A stretch of DNA of 64,000 nucleotides from Bacteroidia bacterium (GTDB lineage: Bacteria; Bacteroidota; Bacteroidia; NS11-12g; UBA9320): positions 751 to 64,750 of the forward strand of contig JAQWNJ010000014.1 in assembly GCA_029268695.1 (NCBI GenBank), given 5' to 3'. Both the position numbers and the translations under genes were made by a program. The notes under the pieces were generated by a model. That model did not search any database, was not told the DNA's origin, and saw only the letters and a program-made list of their open reading frames with translations. Shown piece after piece: positions 1 through 10,561 of this stretch (its first letter is position 1; the number at the start of each line of letters is the position of its first letter).

Positions 1-121
1 CGAAATCCGCCGTCACATCTTGAGGGTTATTTGGATCCGTATTCACATCCAAATATTTCTCGCAACCGAACAAAGTCAATGCGAAAATCCCTATTAATAT
101 ATAATTACTTATTTTTTTCAT
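1..121 (-). CDS. SusD/RagB-family outer-membrane lipoprotein, 5' part (runs off window start)
   Basis: Manual translation from ATG at 121: MKKISNYILIGIFALTLFGCEKYLDVNTDPNNPQDVTADF. Lipobox Cys followed by the LDVNTDPNNP motif typical of SusD/RagB; lies 10 nt downstream of susC. Confidence 0.85.
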   Translation of the reverse strand, partial: MKKISNYILIGIFALTLFGCEKYLDVNTDPNNPQDVTADF

Positions 122-131
122 TTTCTATTTA

Positions 132-3100
132 TTAAAAGTTAAACTTAAGTGAGAAACCAAATGAACGAGCTGTAGGATTAGCAACGAACTCACCAAATTC
201 AGCTTGATTACCATTACCAAAAGTAGTTACTTCTGGGTCGATAAACTGATTTTCTACTGGTGTCCATAACAATAGGTTTCGTCCAATTATACTAACTGAA
301 GCACCTGCAAAAGGCATGCTTTCTAACATAGAACTTGGCAGTCTATAGGTAAGATTAACCTCTCTCAATTTGGTATATGATTTATCAAATACAAATTGTC
401 TATCACGTGCATCAGCAGTATGATACTCATGCATAACACCTGGGGCTACTGGAGTAGTATTTTCAACATAAACTGGATCTCCATTTTCATCTACACCATC
501 TTCAATTACAGAATTAGGTACGATAAATGGTTTTCTATCATTATAAGTTGTTGTAATGGCATGACCAGTCCAACTTAACATACTTTTTGTATTTGAATAC
601 ATCAACCCACCTTTTCGAATATCTAATAATATACCTAAGCTAAATTGCTTGTAACTAAATGAGTTTTTAAGACCTATAATGTAATCTCGTTGTGAGTTAC
701 CATAAATCTCTTTCTCATCACCTACAACTGGAACTCCGCTCTCATCAACTACTACTTTACCGTCTGGAGAATACTTATATGTATTTCCTTCAAAAACACC
801 AATTGGCATTCCTTGCATTGCGTAATAAGCTGTGGTAGATAATCCTCCTAATGAAACCCTATCTAAAGCGTCATCTAAATCGAGCACCTCATTTTTGTTT
901 CGAGTCATATTACCCGATATGGCCCAATTGAAACCATTTTCGTTTCTAAGAACTTTATAAGTAAGAGCTAACTCAATACCTTTGTTCTCCACTGTTGCTG
1001 CATTTGCATAGAAGTTGCTACTTCCACTACCTGGCGAAACAGGTACTTGTAATATTTGACCCTCAGTTACACGATTATAATAGGTAAACTCTAAGCTTAC
1101 TCTGTTATCATAAAATAAAAGATCAGTTCCAATTTCTAACTCTTTAGTAAGCTCTGGCTGTAAGTCAGGATTCTTAATTCGGTTACCCGCAGTAAAGGCA
1201 TTTGTACCAGTAGCTAAAGGATAAGCAAAATTTCTGAATGGCATAGAGTGACTTGCTTGAGTGTAAATAGAATTAATTACATAAATCGGTGCATCGTTTC
1301 CAGATGAACCATAACCAACTCTAAATTTACCCATTCCCATCCAAGAAGGAAGACCTGAAACTACATCCGTAAATACGAAACTTAAGTTAGCCGCAGGGTA
1401 AAAGAATGAATTATTTTCTTGTGGCAAAGTGGATGACCAATCGTTTCTTGCACTCAAGTTAAGATATAAATAATCTTTGTAAGAGGCAGAAGCCACACCA
1501 TAAAGACCAACTAGTCTTCTCATGTTGTCGTTACGATCAACAGATGGAGTACTTGGGCTATTTGATAAGTTATAGAATCCAGCAATATCTAGTGCTGAAA
1601 CAGACGAGAATAAACTTGTAGAGCTTCTCTCATTTAAATTAAGTCCTCCAATCAAATCAATGTTGATTAGCTTGTTTACATCTTTATTCCACAATAATTT
1701 AAAATCATGATTAAACTGTTGGTTTCCAATAGTTTGTTCAGAAACAAAACCATCATTTTTAACATCCTCATTTGGACCAACAGGTTTTGCAATTGCTTCA
1801 AATCTACTGATATCATGATTCTCTATATCATAACCAAAAGAGTATACACCTTTAAGGTCTCCCATAATGTCCATCTTGGCTGTTAAACCTCCAAAGAATT
1901 TATTAGAAGAGAAATCATTTTTATTTTCGTTCAATGCCCAGTATGGATTCGTTACACCATACGGAGTAAAGTAATCATTGATATTATAAAACTTGTCTTT
2001 ATAATTAGCCATATCAATTACACTCATGTTTCTAGGAATATCAAGAATATTTCTATATACCGAATTTTCTTGTTGTCCAGAAGGAACAAACTGGCTGTTC
2101 GTCATTGCGAGGTTAATAGAACCATCAACCGTTAATTTACCAAAGTTTTGGCTTCCTCTAAATGCAACTGTATTTCTAGTGTATTGGTCTGCATCTGTTG
2201 GAATAATACCATCTTGAGATACATTTGAGTAAGAAGCATAGAAACTATTGTTCTCTCCTCCACCGTTCACACCAACATGAGTTCTGTAATTAGTTCCGAG
2301 TTCAAAGAAATCTCTTACGTTATCTTCTAATGGGGAATATGGTGCAAGTAATTGAGAATTATCAACTTCCTGACCGAAAACTCTCTTCTTGCCATCCATA
2401 ATAGGACCCCAAGAACCATTCTCATCTAGCCAGTGATTACCACTCCATCCTTGGCCATATGTATTTTGAACGTTTGGTAAACGAAGAGGCGTACTGTATG
2501 TTGCATCAAATCCAACATCTACACCAATTGCTTTTTTACCTTTACTAGACGTTGAGCCTTTTTTGGTAGTTATTAATACTACACCATTTGCTGCTCTAGA
2601 TCCATACAACGCAGATGCAGATGAACCTTTAAGAATTTGAATGTTCTCAATATCATCTGGATTAACAGCATTTAAACCGTTACCGAAATCAAAACCTCCA
2701 TTTAAGCTAGTACTGTTAACAGAGCTGTTTGTCATCGGCACACCGTCAATCACAATTAAAGGCTGATTACCTTGAGAAATTGACTGAACACCACGTATAA
2801 CAATACGAGAAGATGCTCCAGGATTTGATGATGCTGAGTTAATCGTAACACCGGCAACCTTTCCTTGCATTCCATTAAGAACTGATCGGTCACCACCCTC
2901 AGTAATCTCTTTTGCAGACACTGAACTTAATGCATAACCAACACTTCGAGAAGATCGTTTAACACCAGCTGCAGTAACGACGACTTCAGATAAGGATTCA
3001 TCGCTAGACATTTTAACACTCAAATTGGTTTGACTCCCAACATTAATGGTTTGAGTTGTAAATCCTACATAACTAATTTTCAACTTAACATTAGAAGCTG

Positions 3101-3302
3101 AAGATGTAATGCTAAAGGATCCATCTGAACCAGTTACTGTTCCATTTGAGGTGCCAATTTCGTTAACCACAGCACCAATTACTGGCTGTGATTCTGAATC
3201 AATAACTGTCCCAGTTATTGTTCTTGATTGAGCAAACGCTGTTGATGTTATTAAGAACACCGTACAGAGTAAACCCGTAATTTTTAATACTAATTTTTTC
3301 AT
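132..3302 (-). CDS. SusC/RagA-family TonB-dependent outer membrane receptor
   Basis: Signal peptide, CarboxypepD_reg-like N-domain, plug signature NPDDIENIQILKGSSASALYGSRAANGVVLITTKKG, C-terminal Phe; followed by a SusD-like gene. Confidence 0.95.
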   Translation of the reverse strand: MKKLVLKITGLLCTVFLITSTAFAQSRTITGTVIDSESQPVIGAVVNEIGTSNGTVTGSDGSFSITSSASNVKLKISYVGFTTQTINVGSQTNLSVKMSSDESLSEVVVTAAGVKRSSRSVGYALSSVSAKEITEGGDRSVLNGMQGKVAGVTINSASSNPGASSRIVIRGVQSISQGNQPLIVIDGVPMTNSSVNSTSLNGGFDFGNGLNAVNPDDIENIQILKGSSASALYGSRAANGVVLITTKKGSTSSKGKKAIGVDVGFDATYSTPLRLPNVQNTYGQGWSGNHWLDENGSWGPIMDGKKRVFGQEVDNSQLLAPYSPLEDNVRDFFELGTNYRTHVGVNGGGENNSFYASYSNVSQDGIIPTDADQYTRNTVAFRGSQNFGKLTVDGSINLAMTNSQFVPSGQQENSVYRNILDIPRNMSVIDMANYKDKFYNINDYFTPYGVTNPYWALNENKNDFSSNKFFGGLTAKMDIMGDLKGVYSFGYDIENHDISRFEAIAKPVGPNEDVKNDGFVSEQTIGNQQFNHDFKLLWNKDVNKLINIDLIGGLNLNERSSTSLFSSVSALDIAGFYNLSNSPSTPSVDRNDNMRRLVGLYGVASASYKDYLYLNLSARNDWSSTLPQENNSFFYPAANLSFVFTDVVSGLPSWMGMGKFRVGYGSSGNDAPIYVINSIYTQASHSMPFRNFAYPLATGTNAFTAGNRIKNPDLQPELTKELEIGTDLLFYDNRVSLEFTYYNRVTEGQILQVPVSPGSGSSNFYANAATVENKGIELALTYKVLRNENGFNWAISGNMTRNKNEVLDLDDALDRVSLGGLSTTAYYAMQGMPIGVFEGNTYKYSPDGKVVVDESGVPVVGDEKEIYGNSQRDYIIGLKNSFSYKQFSLGILLDIRKGGLMYSNTKSMLSWTGHAITTTYNDRKPFIVPNSVIEDGVDENGDPVYVENTTPVAPGVMHEYHTADARDRQFVFDKSYTKLREVNLTYRLPSSMLESMPFAGASVSIIGRNLLLWTPVENQFIDPEVTTFGNGNQAEFGEFVANPTARSFGFSLKFNF

Positions 3303-3358
3303 TCGCTTAAGATTTATAACTTAAAAGTGACTGTAAATTAAACACTTTTTTATTTAAT

Positions 3359-3402
3359 TAACATAAAAATAACATTTAAATAACATTCAAATGATATTAA
3401 TA
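3359..3402. promoter_or_regulatory. Tandem 11-bp direct repeats upstream of susC (putative regulator binding site)
   Basis: taacataaaaa / taacatttaaa / taacattcaaa start at 3359, 3370 and 3381, with a degenerate tgatattaata at 3392. Confidence 0.5.
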
Positions 3403-3513
3403 CAGTTTATTTTTATATACGAAATAATGCATTTATAATTCCCAGATTGAACGTAAGCTTAATTTTATAATAAGAATAAAAAAACAACAAAACCATAAAT
3501 TCAATCAAGAACC

Positions 3514-3521
3514 TATATTTG
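3514..3521 (+). promoter_or_regulatory. Bacteroidota -7 promoter element for the DUF4290-murA operon
   Basis: TATATTTG matches TAnnTTTG, 10 nt before ATG 3532. Confidence 0.65.
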
Positions 3522-3531
3522 TGTTTCCAAT

Positions 3532-4158
3532 ATGGATTTTCAGTATAACACACAACAGGAACGCATTAAATTAACCGAATACGGTAGAGGTGTTCAAGAA
3601 ATGATTGAACATCTGAAACTAGAAAAAGATAGAGATAAGCGAAACGTTCTTGCTCATACTGTCTTTCAAGTGATGGTCAATCTAAACCCCGAAATTAAAT
3701 CTCAAACCAACTACCAACAGACGGTTTGGGATCACATGCATGAAATTGCAAACTATGAATTGGATATTGACAACGATTATCCAACTCCAACCCCAAACAT
3801 CCGCTCCACTAATCCTGAGCTAATAGCCTATAAGGGCATGTTAAGTAAGTATCGATATTATGGTCGTAACTTATTGGAAATGATTGTTGGTGCAGGAAAA
3901 ATGGATGATGGTGAATTGAAAACTATGTATGTTAACTACATCGCATCGTTTATGGTCAACTCATCTAAAAATTGGAATGATGAGTTACTAACCCCTCACC
4001 AGATTGTACAACACCTTGCAGATTTATCCAATGGAAGTTTACAAGTCAATCCCGACACCTTGGCTATTCATATAGAAACTCGAACTAAGCGTCCTCACCA
4101 TCAGAATCGTGGACATAAGAAAAAGAAAAATTACAATTCGAAGTTTAAGAAAAAATAA
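3532..4158 (+). CDS. DUF4290 domain-containing protein
   Basis: YNTQ...LTEYGRGVQEMIEH and YRYYGRN motifs; usual position upstream of murA in Bacteroidota. Confidence 0.85.
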   Translation: MDFQYNTQQERIKLTEYGRGVQEMIEHLKLEKDRDKRNVLAHTVFQVMVNLNPEIKSQTNYQQTVWDHMHEIANYELDIDNDYPTPTPNIRSTNPELIAYKGMLSKYRYYGRNLLEMIVGAGKMDDGELKTMYVNYIASFMVNSSKNWNDELLTPHQIVQHLADLSNGSLQVNPDTLAIHIETRTKRPHHQNRGHKKKKNYNSKFKKK

Positions 4159-5463
4159 ATGGGAACATTCAAAATTGAGGGTGGCCATAAATTAAAAGGT
4201 ACACTTACTCCCCAAGGAGCAAAAAATGAAGCTTTACAAATTCTTGCAGCCGTACTCCTATCACCATTAAAAATTACGCTGAAAAACATCCCAGAGATTC
4301 GAGATATTCTTAGAATGATTGAACTCTTAAAAGGTTTGGGTGTTAAAGTAGAAAAACTAGGTAAAGGAGAATACACCTTTCAGTCGGACGAAATCAACCT
4401 GGATTATTTCCATACTGAAGAATTCAGAACCAAAGGAGCTGCCATTCGGGGATCGATTATGATTATTGGACCTCTTTTAGCTCGTTTTGGCATCGGCTAC
4501 ATTCCTAGTCCAGGGGGAGATAAAATCGGCAGACGACGATTGGATACTCACTTTATTGGATTTGAAAATCTAGGTGCAGAATTCATATATAACAAGGATA
4601 CAGGATTTTATAAGGTTGAAGCTAAAAACCTAAAAGGAAGCTATATGCTTCTCGAGGAAGCCTCGGTAACGGGTACAGCCAATATACTTATGGCAGCTTC
4701 CATGGCAGAGGGAACCACGACTATCTATAATGCTGCTTGCGAACCTTACCTTCAACAATTATCTAGAATGATAAATTCAATGGGAGGTAAAATCTCAGGT
4801 ATTGGAAGTAACCTTCTAACTATTGAGGGAGTTAAAGAACTTCATGGTTGTGAGCACACCATTCTACCCGATATGATTGAAATAGGCTCTTTCATTTCAT
4901 TAGCTGCATTAACTCAATCGGAAATTACCATTGAAAATTGTAGAGTAGATCAGTTAGGAATCATCCCAAATGTATATCGAAAGCTTGGCGTACAATTTGA
5001 AATCAAAGACGACAACATCATCATACCAGAAAATAAGCATTATGAAATTGATAGTTTCATTGATGGAAGTATGATGACGATTGCAGACGCTACTTGGCCT
5101 GGTTTGTCACCTGACTTATTGAGTGTAATCCTTGTCATGTGTACACAAGCAAAAGGAAATGTACTTATTCATCAAAAAATGTTTGAAAGCAGATTATTTT
5201 TCGTTGACAATTTAATAGATATGGGTGCCCAAATTATTTTATGCGATCCGCATAGAGCAACCGTTATGGGACTGAACCGAAGAGTGCCTCTTAAAGCTGC
5301 TACGATGGCATCTCCTGATATTAGAGCTGGAGTTTCACTTCTTATTGCAGCAATGTCTGCTCAAGGTACGAGCACCATACACAATATCGAACAAATTGAT
5401 AGAGGATATCAGGATATTGAACATCGATTAAATGCGATTGGTGCTAAAATAACTCGACTGTAA
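4159..5463 (+). CDS. murA: UDP-N-acetylglucosamine 1-carboxyvinyltransferase
   Basis: GAKNEAL and PGGDKIGRRRLDTH motifs (Asp replaces the fosfomycin-target Cys), DIRAG, IDRGY. Confidence 0.97.
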   Translation: MGTFKIEGGHKLKGTLTPQGAKNEALQILAAVLLSPLKITLKNIPEIRDILRMIELLKGLGVKVEKLGKGEYTFQSDEINLDYFHTEEFRTKGAAIRGSIMIIGPLLARFGIGYIPSPGGDKIGRRRLDTHFIGFENLGAEFIYNKDTGFYKVEAKNLKGSYMLLEEASVTGTANILMAASMAEGTTTIYNAACEPYLQQLSRMINSMGGKISGIGSNLLTIEGVKELHGCEHTILPDMIEIGSFISLAALTQSEITIENCRVDQLGIIPNVYRKLGVQFEIKDDNIIIPENKHYEIDSFIDGSMMTIADATWPGLSPDLLSVILVMCTQAKGNVLIHQKMFESRLFFVDNLIDMGAQIILCDPHRATVMGLNRRVPLKAATMASPDIRAGVSLLIAAMSAQGTSTIHNIEQIDRGYQDIEHRLNAIGAKITRL

Positions 5464-5502
5464 ATCTTTTGATTCACCATGTAAAATCTAATTTGTCAGC
5501 AC

Positions 5503-5527
5503 ATTTTGTGTCATTATGACATAAAAT
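5503..5527. promoter_or_regulatory. 12-bp inverted repeat upstream of grpE
   Basis: ATTTTGTGTCAT-T-ATGACATAAAAT, one mismatch; an extra TGTCA half-site at 5494-5498. Confidence 0.6.
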
Positions 5528-5531
5528 TCAT

Positions 5532-5547
5532 TGGCAATACTTTTGCA
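5532..5547 (+). promoter_or_regulatory. Sigma54-like -24/-12 promoter overlapping a TAnnTTTG element, upstream of grpE-dnaJ
   Basis: TGGCAATACTTTTGCA has GG-N10-GC spacing; it contains TACTTTTG at 5538-5545. Confidence 0.55.
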
Positions 5548-5577
5548 GTTCAATTAGCCATTTAGAATTTTACCAAA

Positions 5578-6111
5578 ATGCCCAAAGGAAAAAAAGCACA
5601 AGAAGAAGAGGACGTTAAAAAAGATGATTTAAATCTTAATGAAGAAAATCAGTCTGAAGAACCCAAAGAAATTTCTCCTGAAGATCAAATCAATGAATTG
5701 AATGACAAATACCTTAGGTTATACTCTGAATTTGATAACTACCGAAAAAGAACTTCTAAGGAACGATTGGAGCTCTTTAAAACTGCTGGACAAGATATTT
5801 TAACAGATTTACTTCCCGTTCTTGATGATTTTGACAGAGCAATGCAAAATATGGATTCTTCTGATGATACCGAGGCTATTCAGACAGGTATAAATCTGAT
5901 ATACAGCAAATTCAAAAGTATCTTAGAAAACAAGGGGTTAAAACATTTTAAATCCATTGAAACTGAATTTGATCCTTAAGTACATGAGGCAATTACCAAA
6001 ATTCCCGCTCCAAACAAAAAACTAAAAGGCAAAGTAGTTGACGAAATTGAAAAGGGGTATATGCTTAATGATAAGGTTATCCGATTTGCAAAAGTTGTAG
6101 TAGGAGAATAA
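5578..6111 (+). pseudogene. grpE: Nucleotide exchange factor GrpE with one in-frame TAA at 5977-5979 (nonsense mutation or sequence error)
   Basis: KYLRLYSEFDNYRKRT and LLPVLDDFDRA motifs. After FDP* the same frame continues [43 protein letters not shown], the canonical GrpE C-terminus, ending 1 nt before dnaJ. Confidence 0.92.
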
Positions 6112-6112
6112 G

Positions 6113-7240
6113 ATGGCAAAGAGAGATTATTACGATGTACTCGGAGTATCTAAAAGCTCCAATGCGGATGAAATCAAAAAGGCATACCGAAAGAAGGCTA
6201 TAAAATATCATCCCGATAAAAACCCAGACAATAAAGAAGCTGAAGAGAAATTCAAAGAAGCTGCTGAAGCCTACGAAGTATTAAGCAACGACGACAAAAA
6301 ACAACGCTACGACCAATTTGGACACGCTGGGGTTGATGGTCAAGGTGGCTTTGGCGGAGGCGGCATGAATATGGACGACATATTTAGCCACTTTGGCGAT
6401 ATCTTCGGAGGAGGCTCTGGAGGAGGAAGTCCATTCGAAAGTTTTTTTGGAGGAGGAGGAAGAAGTGGTCGTCCTCGTCAATCTGTAGGATCTAATATTC
6501 GGATTAAACTGAAATTATCACTCGAGGATGTCACCAAAGGAGTTGAAAAGAAAATAAAGTACAAGAAAAAAGTGGTTGCTCAAGGAGTCACTTTCGAAAC
6601 ATGTAGCACATGTGGTGGCCGTGGATCAGTGACCCGAGTACAAAGTACTTTCTTAGGACAAATGCAAACAAGTAGCCCATGTCCGACTTGCCAAGGGAGT
6701 GGTAAGAAGATTAAAAACATCCCAGCGGGTGCAGACCGAATGGGATTGACCGTCAAAGAAGTCACAACAACTATTGACATCCCAGCGGGTGTATCTGACG
6801 GAATGCAACTTAATGTTCAAGGTAGAGGAAACGAAATGCCTGGTGGAATTTCAGGAGATTTAATTGTATTAATTGAAGAAATCAAGCACGAAAACCTTGA
6901 AAGAGATGGTAACAATATTATTTACAATCTCCATGTAAGTTTTCCTCAAGCCGCTCTTGGATACGATGTTGAAATACCAACAGTATCTGGAAAGGCTCGT
7001 ATAAAAATTGAACCGGGAACACAAAGTGGGAAAGTATTGAGACTTCGTGGTAAAGGGATCCCCGATGTGAATGGTTACAAAACTGGAGACCAACTGGTCT
7101 ATGTAAATGTCTTCACTCCAAAGAAATTAAACAATGAAGAAAAGAAAACATTGCAACAACTACTAGATTCAGATAATTTTACACCAGATCCTACCCAAGA
7201 GAAAGGTTTCTTTGATAAAATGAAGGAATTCTTTAATTAA
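6113..7240 (+). CDS. dnaJ: Molecular chaperone DnaJ
   Basis: J-domain with HPD, G/F-rich region, two CxxCxGxG repeats, C-terminal domain; follows grpE. Confidence 0.96.
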   Translation: MAKRDYYDVLGVSKSSNADEIKKAYRKKAIKYHPDKNPDNKEAEEKFKEAAEAYEVLSNDDKKQRYDQFGHAGVDGQGGFGGGGMNMDDIFSHFGDIFGGGSGGGSPFESFFGGGGRSGRPRQSVGSNIRIKLKLSLEDVTKGVEKKIKYKKKVVAQGVTFETCSTCGGRGSVTRVQSTFLGQMQTSSPCPTCQGSGKKIKNIPAGADRMGLTVKEVTTTIDIPAGVSDGMQLNVQGRGNEMPGGISGDLIVLIEEIKHENLERDGNNIIYNLHVSFPQAALGYDVEIPTVSGKARIKIEPGTQSGKVLRLRGKGIPDVNGYKTGDQLVYVNVFTPKKLNNEEKKTLQQLLDSDNFTPDPTQEKGFFDKMKEFFN

Positions 7241-9245
7241 ACAACTTATCTAACAAATCATCTTCTACTCCTTGAGCGAGGGTTATTTTTAACTTTTTAT
7301 TGCGTTCCATTTCTCGCTTAATGGCAAATTGAGCATTTGTGTTTCTAGCCCAACTTCGTCTAGCTATTCCATTATTTACATCAAATAAGAGCATGCTTTG
7401 CAATCCTTGACTAGCCCTTTCAGAACCATCTAACAACATTCCAAAGCCTCCATTGATTACCTCTCCCCATCCTACTCCACCACCGTTATGAATACTCACC
7501 CAGGTAGCTCCTCTAAAACTATCTCCAATTACATTATGAATAGCCATATCAGCAGTAAATTTGCTCCCGTCATAGATATTACTCGTCTCCCTATATGGAG
7601 AATCTGTTCCACTAACATCGTGGTGATCTCTACCTAAAATTACTGGACCTTTAAGTTGTCCATGAGCAACTGCTTTATTAAATGCTTCTGCTATTTTGAT
7701 TCTGCCCTCACTATCAGCATACAAAATTCTTGCCTTTGAGCCCACAACCATCTGATTTTCATTTGCCTCATCAATCCACTTAATATTATCCGCCATTTGC
7801 TGTTGGATTTCAGTTGGAGAATCATTCATGATTTCTCGCATAACTCGAGCAGCAATTGCGTCCGTTTGGGCCAAATCCTCATCCAACCCACTGGCACAAA
7901 CCCAACGAAACGGTCCAAATCCGTAGTCAAAACACATCGGACCTAAGATATCCTGAACATAGCTAGGATATTTAAAATCAATTTCATTTTGAGCTAAGAT
8001 ATCAGCTCCAGCCCTACTACTTTCTAATAAAAATGCATTGCCATAATCAAAAAAGTAAGTTCCCTCACTTGTATGAGCATCTACTGCGGCAGCATGTATT
8101 CTAAGGGATGCATAAACTATCTCTTTAAATTTTTTCGGATCATCAGCCATCATTTGATTGCTCTCTTCAAAAGATAATCCAACCGGGTAGTATCCTCCTG
8201 CAAATGGATTATGAAGTGATGTTTGATCACTCCCAACATGAATAAATATCTTTTCCTCAGCAAAACGCTCCCAGACATCAACTACATTGCCTACATATGC
8301 AATACTCACCACCTCCTCTTGATTTTTAGCCTGGGTTACTCTCGCTACCAAATCATCTATGTTATCAATTAATTCATCTACCCAACCTTGACTGTGTCTT
8401 TTATGAGCAGCATTGGGGTTTACTTCTGCACAAATCGTTATACACCCTACAATGTTCCCCGCTTTTGGTTGAGCTCCGCTCATCCCACCAAGACCAGCAG
8501 TGAGAAATATTTTACCAGCGGGTGTATCATCAGCATCTAATTTCATCCTAAATGCATTCATAACCGTAATGGTGGTGCCATGAACTATTCCTTGCGGGCC
8601 AATATACATATAGCTACCAGCAGTCATTTGGCCATACTGAGTAACGCCAAGGGCATTGTATTTTTCCCAATCATCTGGCTTACTATAATTTGGTACCATC
8701 ATTCCATTGGTGACAATTACACGAGGAGCCAACAGACTACTAGGGAATAATCCCATTGGATGTCCGCTGTAAATGTGTAATGTTTGATCTTCAGTCATCT
8801 CGCTCAAGTATTGCATAGTGAGTAAGTACTGAGCCCAGTTTTGAAAAACAGCTCCATTTCCACCGTAGGTGATTAGCTCATCAGGGTGTTGAGCTACAGC
8901 GGGATCTAGATTATTTTGAATCATCAGCATGATTCCCGCAGCTTGAATACTTTTTACAGGATATTCAGCAATTGGTCTGGCATATATTTTATATGCTGGC
9001 TTGAATCGATACATATAAATACGACCAAAATCTTTCAATTCTTGTGCAAATTCTATTGCAAGTTCACTATGCCATTCTTTGGGGAAATACCGTAAAGCAT
9101 TACGAATAGCTAATTTTTTCTCTACCAAACTCAAGATATCCTTTCGCTTGGGGGCTCGATTTATAGCGTGAGATCTCTCCTGTTTTGGAGGCAACTCACG
9201 AGGTATACCGTTGATAATTGATTCTTTGAAACTCACGTTATTCAT
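7233..9245 (-). CDS. hutU: Urocanate hydratase (long form)
   Basis: [59 protein letters not shown] and HNGGGVGWG motifs. Confidence 0.96.
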   Translation of the reverse strand: MNNVSFKESIINGIPRELPPKQERSHAINRAPKRKDILSLVEKKLAIRNALRYFPKEWHSELAIEFAQELKDFGRIYMYRFKPAYKIYARPIAEYPVKSIQAAGIMLMIQNNLDPAVAQHPDELITYGGNGAVFQNWAQYLLTMQYLSEMTEDQTLHIYSGHPMGLFPSSLLAPRVIVTNGMMVPNYSKPDDWEKYNALGVTQYGQMTAGSYMYIGPQGIVHGTTITVMNAFRMKLDADDTPAGKIFLTAGLGGMSGAQPKAGNIVGCITICAEVNPNAAHKRHSQGWVDELIDNIDDLVARVTQAKNQEEVVSIAYVGNVVDVWERFAEEKIFIHVGSDQTSLHNPFAGGYYPVGLSFEESNQMMADDPKKFKEIVYASLRIHAAAVDAHTSEGTYFFDYGNAFLLESSRAGADILAQNEIDFKYPSYVQDILGPMCFDYGFGPFRWVCASGLDEDLAQTDAIAARVMREIMNDSPTEIQQQMADNIKWIDEANENQMVVGSKARILYADSEGRIKIAEAFNKAVAHGQLKGPVILGRDHHDVSGTDSPYRETSNIYDGSKFTADMAIHNVIGDSFRGATWVSIHNGGGVGWGEVINGGFGMLLDGSERASQGLQSMLLFDVNNGIARRSWARNTNAQFAIKREMERNKKLKITLAQGVEDDLLDKLFN

Positions 9246-9367
9246 CTAATTCATGACAAAGGTCTAATTTGTTTTATATTAACAAAAAGGGTTTCATAAA
9301 GATTGTTTCAAAATTAAAACCATATAATTATCTTTTATTTTCATAAAAACGAGTAATTTGCTACCAT

Positions 9368-10555
9368 ATGAGACCATTCTATTTTCTTATTATCTTTTTT
9401 TTCTGTCTGATATTTATTACAAATGCTCAATCAGACCAATTAGAATATCAAGCCCATCACAAAGACGATATTACAGCAATTGAATTTAGCCCCAATGCAA
9501 ATTATATTGTTTCTGGTAGCTGGGATGAATCTATTATTATTCAAAGAAATGATAGTACCCACAAGGTCATGCAAAAAATTCAGGATAACAGAGGTGCAAT
9601 CAGGTCTATTTCGTTTAGTAGAGACGGATATCATATGATTACAGGAGGTCAAGACGGTAAATTGAATGTCTATCATTTCAATGATTCATTTTTTTCTATT
9701 GCTACATTAGATACTACGCTCATCATCAACCAGAGTCAAATCAATAAGCTAATCTATGACCCTGGCATGAGAATTATCTTTAGTGCTGGAGACGATGGGC
9801 GATTTATTGCATATGACATTGCCAAAGACCGAGTTATCCCTATAAAAACTTCGAGACCTATCTCCGCAGCTGGTGTTGCAATCGACCGCATGAGCTACTT
9901 CATTGCTCATGAAAAAAAAGCGGATATTATTCAATATGATATCATGGGTCGTAAATTAAAAAGCTTCTTAGGACATACCGACCAAATCACAGATGTACTC
10001 GTAACAATTGATCGAAAATACATTATATCAAGCTCCGAGGACAAAACAGTCAGAATCTGGGAAATACGTTCTGGGAAAGAGCTGTTTGCGTTCAAAGACC
10101 ATCGATGGACGGTCACAGATATTGCAACTGATCCCCTCGGAAAATATTTGGTTAGTGGCAGTTTGGACGGCACCGTCCATTTATATCATCTCAAGAATAG
10201 AGAACTTATTAAAACATTTAACCTTGCAGGTTATAAAATTAATGCTTTGGCTTTCTCTCCTAACTACACCAACATTGCTGTAGCTGCACAAAAAGACGAG
10301 TCATCTGATTTCGCAGGTTATTTTCTACTAGAAACCAACTTAAAACACAGAGCTGTAAAAATACCTAAACGCTATATTGTCAAGAAGCAACCCAAAAAAA
10401 AGAAGTTGAGTTCTCCATTGATAAATAAACCTTCATTGGTTAACACCAAAAAAATAAACTCCTTAAAAAAAGACATAAACTCAAACAAGATAAAACCAAA
10501 AAGCAATGAAAAGGTTATTAAAAAGACCGATCAAATTGAAATTAGAATAGATTAA
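9368..10555 (+). CDS. Secreted WD40-repeat protein with Lys-rich tail
   Basis: Signal peptide ending NAQ; repeated GH/H...SGS.D..W units (SGSWD, GHTDQIT...SSEDKTVRIWE). Confidence 0.85.
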   Translation: MRPFYFLIIFFFCLIFITNAQSDQLEYQAHHKDDITAIEFSPNANYIVSGSWDESIIIQRNDSTHKVMQKIQDNRGAIRSISFSRDGYHMITGGQDGKLNVYHFNDSFFSIATLDTTLIINQSQINKLIYDPGMRIIFSAGDDGRFIAYDIAKDRVIPIKTSRPISAAGVAIDRMSYFIAHEKKADIIQYDIMGRKLKSFLGHTDQITDVLVTIDRKYIISSSEDKTVRIWEIRSGKELFAFKDHRWTVTDIATDPLGKYLVSGSLDGTVHLYHLKNRELIKTFNLAGYKINALAFSPNYTNIAVAAQKDESSDFAGYFLLETNLKHRAVKIPKRYIVKKQPKKKKLSSPLINKPSLVNTKKINSLKKDINSNKIKPKSNEKVIKKTDQIEIRID

Positions 10556-10561
10556 CTAACC

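Noticed and set aside
4159..5463. MurA Cys-to-Asp substitution as acquired fosfomycin resistance
   Set aside because: The PGGDKIG form is the ordinary intrinsic variant in Bacteroidota MurA and not novel.
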